This document shows positions 24,813 to 33,480 of a DNA stretch of 64,000 nt, one piece after another. The notes beneath the pieces are model-generated. The model made no database searches. It worked only from the letters and a program-made list of their open reading frames with translations, and was not told the DNA's origin. The stretch spans positions 13,500-77,499 of the forward strand of contig CAZSKP010000021.1 of the NCBI GenBank assembly GCA_964607485.1, given 5' to 3'. The translations under genes and the position numbers were made by a program. Each line of letters begins with the position of its first letter. Position 1 is the first letter of the stretch. Source of the DNA: an uncultured bacterium. GTDB taxonomy: Bacteria > Abyssobacteria > SURF-5.

Positions 24813-26854
24813 ATGACCGACAAGCGCCACTCAAGAAGGGACCCAGAATAAGCCTTCGCGTAAAGACGTTCGTCGCGCTCCTGTTCGTCGGTGTGCCGAC
24901 GCTTGTCGTCACGTTGGTGGCGGCGTATTTCGCGGGCACCGGCATCAGTCGCTACAGCATCGGAACGAGGTTTCAGACCGTCGCCGAATGGATGTCCGAC
25001 GAGATCGAATCGAGCCTCTCCTCCGAGATAACTGAAGCCCGAAGCCTTGCCTTGACGCCGACGCTTCTCACGGCGGTCGCAGACGCAAACAAGTCATATG
25101 AGGGCAAGGACGAGGACACGATCCGCGAAGAGATAATGCGTGTGGACGAACAATGGCGGGCAGAGCCGGCTATCAGCGACACGATCCGCGAATACCTGAG
25201 CAACCCGGTTTCGCGTTATCTTCACAGCATTCTCATGTTACGCGCAAACAAGTATGCGGAGATATTCGTCACGGACGAACAGGGAGCGATCGTCGGCGCT
25301 ACGGGCAAGACATCCGACTTCTACCAGGCCGATGAGAACTGGTGGGTGAGGACGTATAACCGGGGCAACGGCCGCAACATCGTCGAAGGCGTCGAGTTCG
25401 ACGACAGCACGCAGCTTCGGTCGATGACGATCGCGGTGCCCGTTCGCGACCCGACCAGCAACACCGTGATCGGCGTCCTGAAGGTCGTGATGAAGGCAGA
25501 ATACCTTTTCGATGCCGTCAGCTCTCTGCGCATAGGGGAAAGCGGATATACGGGCCTGGCAACCAAAGATGGAGAACTGCTCGCCACCTCGGCGCCGTCC
25601 CGGCCCGCTCGAGTGACGGACACCTTCTGGCGCGCCATCGTGGGAGAAGCCAACGGGTGGACGACGGCCGACGACGCAATGGGCGAGGAGAATGTGCTCA
25701 GTTTCGCCGTAGTAGGCACAAGAAAGATAGACGGCGAGGTCACCCTCACGGGCGGCAAGTGGCACGTGTTCTTCTATCAGAACGTCCGTGAGGCGTATGC
25801 GCGCATCTCGGCGGCCGTCTATAAACTCTTTTCCCTCGGCCTCGGCCTCATTCTGGTCGTGAGCGTACTCGGATTCTATGCGACCAACTGGATTGTGATG
25901 CCAATCCGTCTTCTTCGCGAAGAGGCCCAGTACATCGCGCAGGGCGACCTCGGCCGCCGTGTGGAGGTGCACACGAACGACGAGATCGAGCTGCTGGCCG
26001 AAGAAATCAACATCATGTCGCAGAAGCTCAAGGAAACTCACTCCAACCTCGAGCAGAGAATCGAAGAGCGCACGGCGGAGCTTTCCGAGGCCAACAAGAA
26101 GCTCGAGGCGCAGAGAGAGGTGCTCCTGAAAGTTAACAAACAGCTCATGAAAGCCAGCACGCTCAAATCGCAGTTCCTGGCTGATATCTGCGACGGGCTG
26201 AACAACCCCGTCCTGAACATCGTCCGACTGGCGGAGGTGGTGACACAACAGGACGCCGAAGGGCTGAACGAGGTGCAGAGGAATTATCTCAGCGACATAC
26301 TCGCCAACGCAAAACACCTCCACCAATTGCTGAACGAGGTGTTCACGCTCGCCAAGGCGACGTCGGGAAAGATGGAGATGACCCTCTCGGAGTTTTCCGT
26401 GGAGAACATCCTTCGGGAAGTGCAAGACACCGTCAGGGCGCTTGCCTCCGAGAAGAATATCAAGTTTGAATTCGACATCGCCGACGACATGGGCGTCATC
26501 ACGGGAGACGTCAACCTGTTCAAGCACATCATTTTCAACCTGTACACCAACGCCATCAAGTACAATAAGATAAACGGAAAGGTGCTCGTTGCCGCCAGTC
26601 GCGTCGGCGGCTTTGCGGAGATATCCGTGTCAGATTCGGGAGTGGGCATACGGCGGGAGGACCAGGAACGAATCTTCCGCGAATTTGAACGGGTGGAGGA
26701 TGCGCAGGAGCCGTACTACGAAGGCGCCGGAATGGGCCTGACCCTCGCGCAGCGGTTTGTCGAGATGCACGGAGGCGAGATCCGGGTCGAGAGCGAGTAC
26801 GGCAAAGGAAGCAAATTCATATTCACAATCCCCCTGACGCAGCGGCAGGGCTGA
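24809..26854 (+). CDS. membrane sensor histidine kinase-like protein (Cache-HAMP-HisKA-HATPase) lacking the phosphoacceptor His
   Basis: two TM helices, HAMP, H-box FLADICDGLNNP, NLYTNAIKY, DSGVGI, GAGMGL. Confidence 0.88.
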   Translation: MNDRQAPLKKGPRISLRVKTFVALLFVGVPTLVVTLVAAYFAGTGISRYSIGTRFQTVAEWMSDEIESSLSSEITEARSLALTPTLLTAVADANKSYEGKDEDTIREEIMRVDEQWRAEPAISDTIREYLSNPVSRYLHSILMLRANKYAEIFVTDEQGAIVGATGKTSDFYQADENWWVRTYNRGNGRNIVEGVEFDDSTQLRSMTIAVPVRDPTSNTVIGVLKVVMKAEYLFDAVSSLRIGESGYTGLATKDGELLATSAPSRPARVTDTFWRAIVGEANGWTTADDAMGEENVLSFAVVGTRKIDGEVTLTGGKWHVFFYQNVREAYARISAAVYKLFSLGLGLILVVSVLGFYATNWIVMPIRLLREEAQYIAQGDLGRRVEVHTNDEIELLAEEINIMSQKLKETHSNLEQRIEERTAELSEANKKLEAQREVLLKVNKQLMKASTLKSQFLADICDGLNNPVLNIVRLAEVVTQQDAEGLNEVQRNYLSDILANAKHLHQLLNEVFTLAKATSGKMEMTLSEFSVENILREVQDTVRALASEKNIKFEFDIADDMGVITGDVNLFKHIIFNLYTNAIKYNKINGKVLVAASRVGGFAEISVSDSGVGIRREDQERIFREFERVEDAQEPYYEGAGMGLTLAQRFVEMHGGEIRVESEYGKGSKFIFTIPLTQRQG

Positions 26855-26899
26855 GCGCAACTTCCGTCCCAAATCCGGCCAAACCGAGAACCCATCCAG

Positions 26900-28360
26900 A
26901 TGCAGAGCTCCGGGCGTTGCGTCGCCGCGAATCGTTTCTTTTCCTCGCCCATCGTTCGCAGATACCTGCTCGCGCTCCTTTGCGCCGTCCTCGCCGCCAG
27001 AGCCATCCTTTTCTTCAGCCGGGCCGCCCGCGTAATCCTCTACCCCTACGAGTGGTCCACGATGGACGGGTATTTTGTGTACCACGGCTTGCGGCTGCTC
27101 TCGGGCCGGCCGATCTATTTCGGGTACGAGTCGATCTTGACGCCGTTTGAGTATGTGCCCCTCTATCCGGCCGTCATAGGGCTTCTGGCGAAAGTGTTCG
27201 GCGTCGGAGTCTGGTACGAGCGCGCCTTCGGCGTGGCGTGCGCGACGGCCATGGCCGTCATCATCTACCTTGTGGTCATGAAATCACGCCCGAACACGAC
27301 CGCCGCCCTCTGCGCCGCGCTGATGCTTTTCGCGCCCGCCGCGCTTTCGGTCTGGTTCCTCGTGAGGGCGATAGACATCCTTGCGGCCCTCCTGGCGCTC
27401 GCCGCCGTGGCGGTGGCGGCGAACGAGGGCAAGCTGGGAACACACCGCTTAATCTGGGCCGCGATACTGTTCGTCCTCGCCTTCTACGCGAAGCAGACGA
27501 CGCTGCTCCCGGCGGCGGGCGTCGTCGTTTATGTGATGAGCCGGGACCTCAAGCGGGGGGTGGCGATGGGGCTGGGCTTCGGGCTGGCGATCGCCGGACT
27601 CCTTCTGCTGTTCCAATACATGAGCGGGGGATGGTTTTTCGAAAACGCCTTCGTGACCACTTCGATGAATCCCTACTATCCCCGGCAGCTCGTCCACTTC
27701 TATCGAGATTTTTCGCTCATCCTCTTCGTCGCGCTTCCGGTGGCTCTCGCGCGGGCATGGCGGGGAGTCGGCCGCAGGCCCAACATCTGGACCCTATATT
27801 TTCTGTTCACCCTGCTTTCGACCCTTCTCGCGGCAAAGGTCGGGGCGGCGCTGAGCTACTTCGTCCCGCTGCTCTCCGCGGTCTGCATCCTTGTCGGACT
27901 TTGGCTGAGCGACGACGGTTTGTTCGAGCGCCGGCCGGGCGTCTATGGGTGCGTCGTGCTCCTGCTTCTGGTTCAGTCCTTCTGTTTCTTTGCCGACCGC
28001 ATCCCGGTTCCCACTCGGGAGGATTACCTCCAGGCCGAGAAGCTCGACGCCCAAATAAGGGCTCATCCCGGCCCCTTGCTCATCGAGCGCATCGACAGTT
28101 TCGCGACGCGAAACGGGAGAGAGTTGAACGTGGAGGCGGTACAACTGCCCGTGCTCATCATGCGGAGAACATTCGACCCCTTGCCCCTCCTCAACGCCGT
28201 GGACGACGAGGAGTTCTCGCTGATCGTTTACAGCGGAGTCTATTTCGGCGGCATACCGGCCCTGAAGCAGTCGATATTCGAACACTATCGGGTGATCGAC
28301 CAGGTTCGGATCGGGCTCTTCGTCGGCGGGATGACGTTCTTGGTGCTAGCTCCCTCATAA
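26900..28360 (+). CDS. polytopic membrane protein, GT-C/ArnT-PMT-like glycosyltransferase
   Basis: many TM helices, YVPLYP, LAFYAKQT motif, soluble C-terminal domain; start uncertain. Confidence 0.7.
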   Translation: MQSSGRCVAANRFFSSPIVRRYLLALLCAVLAARAILFFSRAARVILYPYEWSTMDGYFVYHGLRLLSGRPIYFGYESILTPFEYVPLYPAVIGLLAKVFGVGVWYERAFGVACATAMAVIIYLVVMKSRPNTTAALCAALMLFAPAALSVWFLVRAIDILAALLALAAVAVAANEGKLGTHRLIWAAILFVLAFYAKQTTLLPAAGVVVYVMSRDLKRGVAMGLGFGLAIAGLLLLFQYMSGGWFFENAFVTTSMNPYYPRQLVHFYRDFSLILFVALPVALARAWRGVGRRPNIWTLYFLFTLLSTLLAAKVGAALSYFVPLLSAVCILVGLWLSDDGLFERRPGVYGCVVLLLLVQSFCFFADRIPVPTREDYLQAEKLDAQIRAHPGPLLIERIDSFATRNGRELNVEAVQLPVLIMRRTFDPLPLLNAVDDEEFSLIVYSGVYFGGIPALKQSIFEHYRVIDQVRIGLFVGGMTFLVLAPS

Positions 28361-28431
28361 ACTTCCCCGCAAAGAAAAAACTTGATTCTGGTTTGCGTCG
28401 GTGGTAACATTATTCAAAATTCCGACCGGCA

Positions 28432-31400
28432 TTGGCACGTGATGAGATTATGGACGACCACAACAAGGAACGGAAAACCCGAAAGATTGAGTTTCTCGGG
28501 ACGAAGAAGCACATGAGGCGCGGACTCCTCTTTTTCAAGAAGGGAGAATATCAGCTTGCGATCGAGCAATTCGAGCTGATACTGCTGCACGACAAGAGCT
28601 ATGTCAGGGCGTACAATAATCTCGGCTATGTCTATCGGATGATTGGAGACTATGATAAGGCGCTGGAAGTATGGGAAAGGGGACTGGGGGTCAACGCGTC
28701 GTACAGGAGACTCCAGAAGAACATCTCCAGCCTGCAACGGTTTCTGAAAACGAACAACAAAAAGGCCGGGCCGCCGCCGGTCGGGATAGAAGACTTCGAG
28801 GTCGGCGTGGAATGGCTGTCGGAAAACGCCGAGCTGGCAGAGATACGCGAAGGCAGCCTTTTTGACACCTATGTGATCGAAGACGGCGGAGCCTGGTTTG
28901 CGCTCAAAACGCCCAGGAAAATCCTCTCTGCGAACCCGGAAATGTCCCGAGCGTTCGAGCAGGCCTGTTCGGCTTGGCTCCGCCTCGGCCGGAACGAGTG
29001 CGTGGCTCACGCGCGTTCGCTCGAGCGGGTCTCGGGCCAATCGTTCCTCGCGCTGGAGTACATGCGCGAGGGGTCGCTCCGCGGCCTTCTTGAGCGGGAA
29101 AAGACGCCGCGCCGCGCGGGCCTTTCCCTCGGTCATGCGCTTGAGCTGGCGTTGCAGCTCTGCATCGGCGGGCACTTCATCCACACGCAACTGGGCGCCC
29201 CTCACGGCGACATCAGGCCGGAGAACATCATGCTTTCGATGCCCACTGAGGGGAGGGGAGGGCAGGCGATTGCAGACAGGCCGGACCGCTATTTCCTGAA
29301 AATCTCGGACGTTGGACAGTGGGCGGTCTTTGAAACGGCGGAGCTGTTCTGCAATTCGGAAGGCGAGGTTCTTTCGGAGTTCGCACGTGAAGGACTCGTT
29401 CGAACGGCATCCGGATTCCTGACACCCTCGCTGCACTCGTGTGCGCCCGAGTTGCTCAACTCGCTCCGCGCCCCAAACGTAAGCACCGACGTGTACGCGT
29501 TCGGAGTCGTGCTCTACGAGATGCTCACCGGAACGCTTCCTTTTTCCGGTTTGGGCAAGGCCGAGCTGGCGAAGCGAATTTCCGAAAGCCGCCCCGAGCA
29601 CCCATCGGTCGTAAACCCCAGAGTTCCGCCGCCGGTGGGCAGCATCTGCATGCGTTGCATGGAACGCAGCCCGGAGGCCCGGTTCAGCGGTTTTCCCGAG
29701 ATAGCCGATGCGCTCATCAACTACCTGGACGCCGCCGGGTCGGCCCTCTCGGAGTTGCGCGAATTGTGCAGGCGATATAAGAAGATATCGAGGTTGCAGT
29801 TCCACGACGATGAGAGGAATTCCTCGGTGATGATCGTCGGCGGAACCGAGTTTTCCTCCGAGGTGGGTCAGCTCTGGGAAATACTCAACCGCCGCGCCGA
29901 AGAGGAGCGCGACCTCGGGCTTCGGAAGCAGCTTGCGCGCATAGAGGACGCCCTGCTCGTGCCCGGATTGTCAATCGGCACACTGTACCCCACGACTGCA
30001 AGCCTGGCGGACGGACTAACGCTCATCCCTCTCGAAACCTATCGGAACGAACTGAACGCCCTGCGACATGCAGACAGCGCCCCCGGCACGGCCGACAGGG
30101 CCATGAGCGAGGCCTCGACGCCGGACGTCTCCGTCGAACCGCCCGCCGACCGGGTTCGCAGCGTTCCGGATTCGGTGAGCGAAGTGTTCGGCCCCGGCGT
30201 GGCGGAAGAGTATTCTTCCCTTTTGAAGGCGGGCGACCCGGGCCGGGCCGCGCGTCTTCTGTCGGATGGACTGAAGTTCCGTGCCGGGACGGTCCTGCTG
30301 CAATCGAACAATGGCCCCGACCTGTTGAGCGCATTTGAGTCCGTCGCACGGTCGGAATCGTTCCACCAGTGGCTCGACGCTGTTTTTGAGCAGCTCGCCT
30401 TCCTCTCCGCCTGTCCCCGCCCCGAAGAATTTCTAAAAGAGGGGATGGAAGTCCCTAACGAAATAATCGCCGCGATCTCCGGATTTCTGCTGATGCAGGC
30501 CGGCGAGCACGCCGCCGCTCTCGAGGCGTTCAACATGATTCCGGATGAACGGTGGCTGCCGGCGCTCGACATCTACCTGTGGACCATGGCGAAATTTCAA
30601 TCGCCGAAGATGGAAGAGATTCGGCTCAACAGCTTGAAAAACGCAGGCCGCCTCCTCAGGGAAATCATCATCGCCAACAAGAAGTCAAACAAACGGAGCA
30701 CGATCGTTCTATCCACGCATCCCAACGGCGCACTCGCAGACGCCTTCTTCCTTCGAGCGCTCGTGCTGGAGCAGTTGGGCGAGCACAGCCACTCCATCGC
30801 ACATTTTCGCGCATGGAAAAAACTCCTGTCCGCGGAGCCTGCGCTTCCTCAGAAGAACATCCCATGGGCGGACATGATGCAAGGCAAGTGCATGCGCGAC
30901 TTGGGCATGCCGAGCGAAGGCTTCATGCGGTGGCAGCGAATGCTCACGCAGGAACTCGACGCGCCTTTTTTCCCCTTCCTCGAGCTCGGCGCCCAAAAGC
31001 CGCGAGCGCTTCTGGCCGGGTACCTTCTCCCGTGTTGCAGCGACGCCATTTCACGATACGCCGACAACGCAATGCTGTGGTGTGTGAAGGGCAAGCTTCT
31101 CAACTGCACCGGCCAACCCACCGACGCGGTGGATTGCTCGCACCGTGCGACCGCGATTGCGGAGGATTTTTACCCCGCATATTTCGTGAGAATGGAAGCG
31201 ATGCTGTCGATGGAACAACACGAGGAGGCGCTCGACGCTCTCAGGGCATGCACGATTCGCGAGCCGTATGAGCCGCTGTTTATGCTCCGCGAGGCGGAAC
31301 TCTTGTGCTGTCTCTCCGAGCCCGAAAAGGCTTTCACCGAGTTGAAGAAGGCCATCGCTCACGGACTCGATCTCTCACAGCTCAAGACGAGCATCCGGAA

Positions 31401-31470
31401 GAAGCGGCTGACCCCCCTTGGGGGATTTGATGATTTCAGATCCATATGCGCACACCTGGGCGAAGCATGA
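28432..31470 (+). CDS. TPR-containing Hanks-type Ser/Thr protein kinase-like protein
   Basis: N-terminal TPR (AYNNLGYVY), FALK, LEYMREGSL, HGDIRPEN, SDVG, APE, DVYAFGVVLYEMLTG, C-terminal TPRs; alternative start ATG 28450. Confidence 0.88.
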   Translation: MARDEIMDDHNKERKTRKIEFLGTKKHMRRGLLFFKKGEYQLAIEQFELILLHDKSYVRAYNNLGYVYRMIGDYDKALEVWERGLGVNASYRRLQKNISSLQRFLKTNNKKAGPPPVGIEDFEVGVEWLSENAELAEIREGSLFDTYVIEDGGAWFALKTPRKILSANPEMSRAFEQACSAWLRLGRNECVAHARSLERVSGQSFLALEYMREGSLRGLLEREKTPRRAGLSLGHALELALQLCIGGHFIHTQLGAPHGDIRPENIMLSMPTEGRGGQAIADRPDRYFLKISDVGQWAVFETAELFCNSEGEVLSEFAREGLVRTASGFLTPSLHSCAPELLNSLRAPNVSTDVYAFGVVLYEMLTGTLPFSGLGKAELAKRISESRPEHPSVVNPRVPPPVGSICMRCMERSPEARFSGFPEIADALINYLDAAGSALSELRELCRRYKKISRLQFHDDERNSSVMIVGGTEFSSEVGQLWEILNRRAEEERDLGLRKQLARIEDALLVPGLSIGTLYPTTASLADGLTLIPLETYRNELNALRHADSAPGTADRAMSEASTPDVSVEPPADRVRSVPDSVSEVFGPGVAEEYSSLLKAGDPGRAARLLSDGLKFRAGTVLLQSNNGPDLLSAFESVARSESFHQWLDAVFEQLAFLSACPRPEEFLKEGMEVPNEIIAAISGFLLMQAGEHAAALEAFNMIPDERWLPALDIYLWTMAKFQSPKMEEIRLNSLKNAGRLLREIIIANKKSNKRSTIVLSTHPNGALADAFFLRALVLEQLGEHSHSIAHFRAWKKLLSAEPALPQKNIPWADMMQGKCMRDLGMPSEGFMRWQRMLTQELDAPFFPFLELGAQKPRALLAGYLLPCCSDAISRYADNAMLWCVKGKLLNCTGQPTDAVDCSHRATAIAEDFYPAYFVRMEAMLSMEQHEEALDALRACTIREPYEPLFMLREAELLCCLSEPEKAFTELKKAIAHGLDLSQLKTSIRKKRLTPLGGFDDFRSICAHLGEA

Positions 31471-31550
31471 TTGCTTTCGTTCTTTCGCGTTTCAACCTTT
31501 GCCGGCCGGTTGCCCAAATTGCTCCTCACCGGACAACATTCCCCTGACCG

Positions 31551-31649
31551 GTCATTGCGAGGAGCCATGCAACGAAGCAATCCCGATGGCAACGGGGGAG
31601 CGCCTTTAAGATTGCTTCAGTCGAGTCTGTGACTCTCTCTCGCAATGAC
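31551..31649. repeat. RPE/REP-like palindromic element
   Basis: GTCATTGCGAG..GAAGCAATC ... GATTGCTTC..CTCGCAATGAC inverted arms. Confidence 0.7.
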
Positions 31650-31753
31650 TTCGAAATTATTTCGACAACATGCCGGTGAAAATACTCTCGAAGGCCTGTG
31701 ACCGCTTTCGTACGAGGGAGAAAAAAACTGCCGCTGATGGAGAGCGATTTGAC

Positions 31754-31782
31754 TTGCAAATTTACTCAATCTATGGTATAAA
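31754..31782 (+). promoter_or_regulatory. sigma70-type promoter for 6S RNA
   Basis: TTGCAA-17 bp-TATAAA with extended TG. Confidence 0.55.
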
Positions 31783-31806
31783 TTAAGGAGATGGCTGGAA
31801 CAAAAG

Positions 31807-31988
31807 AAATCCCTGCCATGCTCGTGAAGACACGACAATTTTGAGCCAACACACCAAAGAACGGGAGCCCTAAATTTTCGGGTAGATTGCACGCCGCCTC
31901 GGCGCGGAAGCACGAAGCTTGGATGCGGGCGCCCACGTGAACCGCAAGGTTCAACACGTCTCGTCTCACGGCATAACGGCGGGGATTT
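31807..31988 (+). ncRNA. ssrS: 6S RNA
   Basis: about 180 nt rod: AAATCCCTGCC pairs with GGCGGGGATTT, CGTGA with TCACG, TTGAGCC with GGTTCAA; GGGAGCC/GGCGCCC stem flanking a central bubble; own promoter; ORF-free gap. Confidence 0.85.
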
Positions 31989-32058
31989 TTATTTCAAGGG
32001 CAATCGGAAAACCGGCGGCGGAGACGCCGCACTCGCCTTTATCAATCGGCCGGCTGAA

Positions 32059-33225
32059 TCACGGGCCGTACCTCATGAGCACGCCCATGGCCTGCGGATC
32101 TCCGTCGGGCGTGGCGAAAACATTTCCCTTTCGTCGTCGCTCGTGTCTCACGTCGTAGCTGAAGACGGGCTTACCGTCGGCATTGTCGAGTACTCCGGGC
32201 GTTCCCGACGGTTCGAGGTCGCTTTCGTTCATACCGCTCAGTGACACCGTCCACCCGGTCTCTCGCATCGTGACCGATGCCGACAGCGCGTCATCGATTC
32301 CGTTGCTCTCCTCGGGGTTACCGTCGTTATCCGCATCACTCATCTCGAACAGGATGCGGTCACCGTCCTGGTCGGCGGGATCGCTCGCATATCCGTCCTT
32401 TCCAAGGTCCTCGCCATTCTGCATAGTCAGGTAGTAATTGTGCAGGCCGTGGTCTTTTTCGTCGGGACCCACGCTGTAAATGACCCAGCGGTTGTAATAC
32501 GACGGCGAGTCTGCCTTATACTCACCCAGCGCGTCGGTACCCGCGTCGGCGCCGTCGGTCCAAGAGGGGAAAATGGGCGTTCCATATTCCCCCTTTCCGG
32601 TCACACAACCCGCATAATAGTGGAAGTAGGTATTGTTGGCGTAAGGGTCGATGAGCGCCTGTATATCGAGGTCGGTGAACATGCCCAGACGGTCGTAATA
32701 CGTGCCGTCAAGCCGACCGTTTCCTTCTTTCGGACTTGGGTCGTTAACGTCCGAGTCGCCGTCCTGGTCAAACGGGTCGTTGGGCTCTAAATCCAGGCCG
32801 ATATCCTCGCCTTGATCGAGCCGGTAGTTTCCTTCGGTGCCGTTAGCATCGGGACCCGGATACGTCGGCCTTCCGCCCTGGCCGTCGTTCGGCATCCATT
32901 CTTGCGCAGCGTTATCCCAACTGAACGGACCTATCCCGTCCGTCCCGATATCCTCGCTCGGGTAGAAAACTCCGCCGACCCAATCGTTGCCCATAGGGGG
33001 ATAGGTATCGTTTTCAGCGTAGTAGTCTTCGAGGGCGGGCTCAATTTCCGCGAGCTGTGCCTTGGCGGCGCCGAGCCGCGCACGCGCGTGCATCCTCGAA
33101 ATCGCCGGAAGCGCAATTGCTGCGAGCAGGCCGATGATGCTGATCACGGCAAGCAGTTCCACGAGCGTGAATCCATAGTCAGGCTTGGTTGGACGGTGGC
33201 GCTGCGATTCCCCCTTGCGTTTCAT
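32059..33225 (-). CDS. type IV pilin/GspG-like prepilin with long acidic C-terminal domain
   Basis: G|FTLVELLAVISIIGLLAAIALP class III signal, LEDYYAENDTYP, IYSVGPD; AGGAGG RBS before ATG 33225. Confidence 0.88.
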   Translation of the reverse strand: MKRKGESQRHRPTKPDYGFTLVELLAVISIIGLLAAIALPAISRMHARARLGAAKAQLAEIEPALEDYYAENDTYPPMGNDWVGGVFYPSEDIGTDGIGPFSWDNAAQEWMPNDGQGGRPTYPGPDANGTEGNYRLDQGEDIGLDLEPNDPFDQDGDSDVNDPSPKEGNGRLDGTYYDRLGMFTDLDIQALIDPYANNTYFHYYAGCVTGKGEYGTPIFPSWTDGADAGTDALGEYKADSPSYYNRWVIYSVGPDEKDHGLHNYYLTMQNGEDLGKDGYASDPADQDGDRILFEMSDADNDGNPEESNGIDDALSASVTMRETGWTVSLSGMNESDLEPSGTPGVLDNADGKPVFSYDVRHERRRKGNVFATPDGDPQAMGVLMRYGP

Positions 33226-33480
33226 TCGGCAACCTCCTTCGAATGTGATGGGCTGTGAGTCATCGTAATGACTGTTCCCGGACAAACAAAAAATCTTACC
33301 CGCTTCCCCGGATAAGATCACACTTGTAAACATATTATTTCCACTACAATTCTACACCATACACGGCCTTGTGTCAAGCCATTTTTTCATTGATTTGACG
33401 CCGTTCCATCGGCTATACTATGTTTTTGATGAGAAGCATATCGCTCCTATTTGGGGGTACAGCCGAAAATATACCACAAC

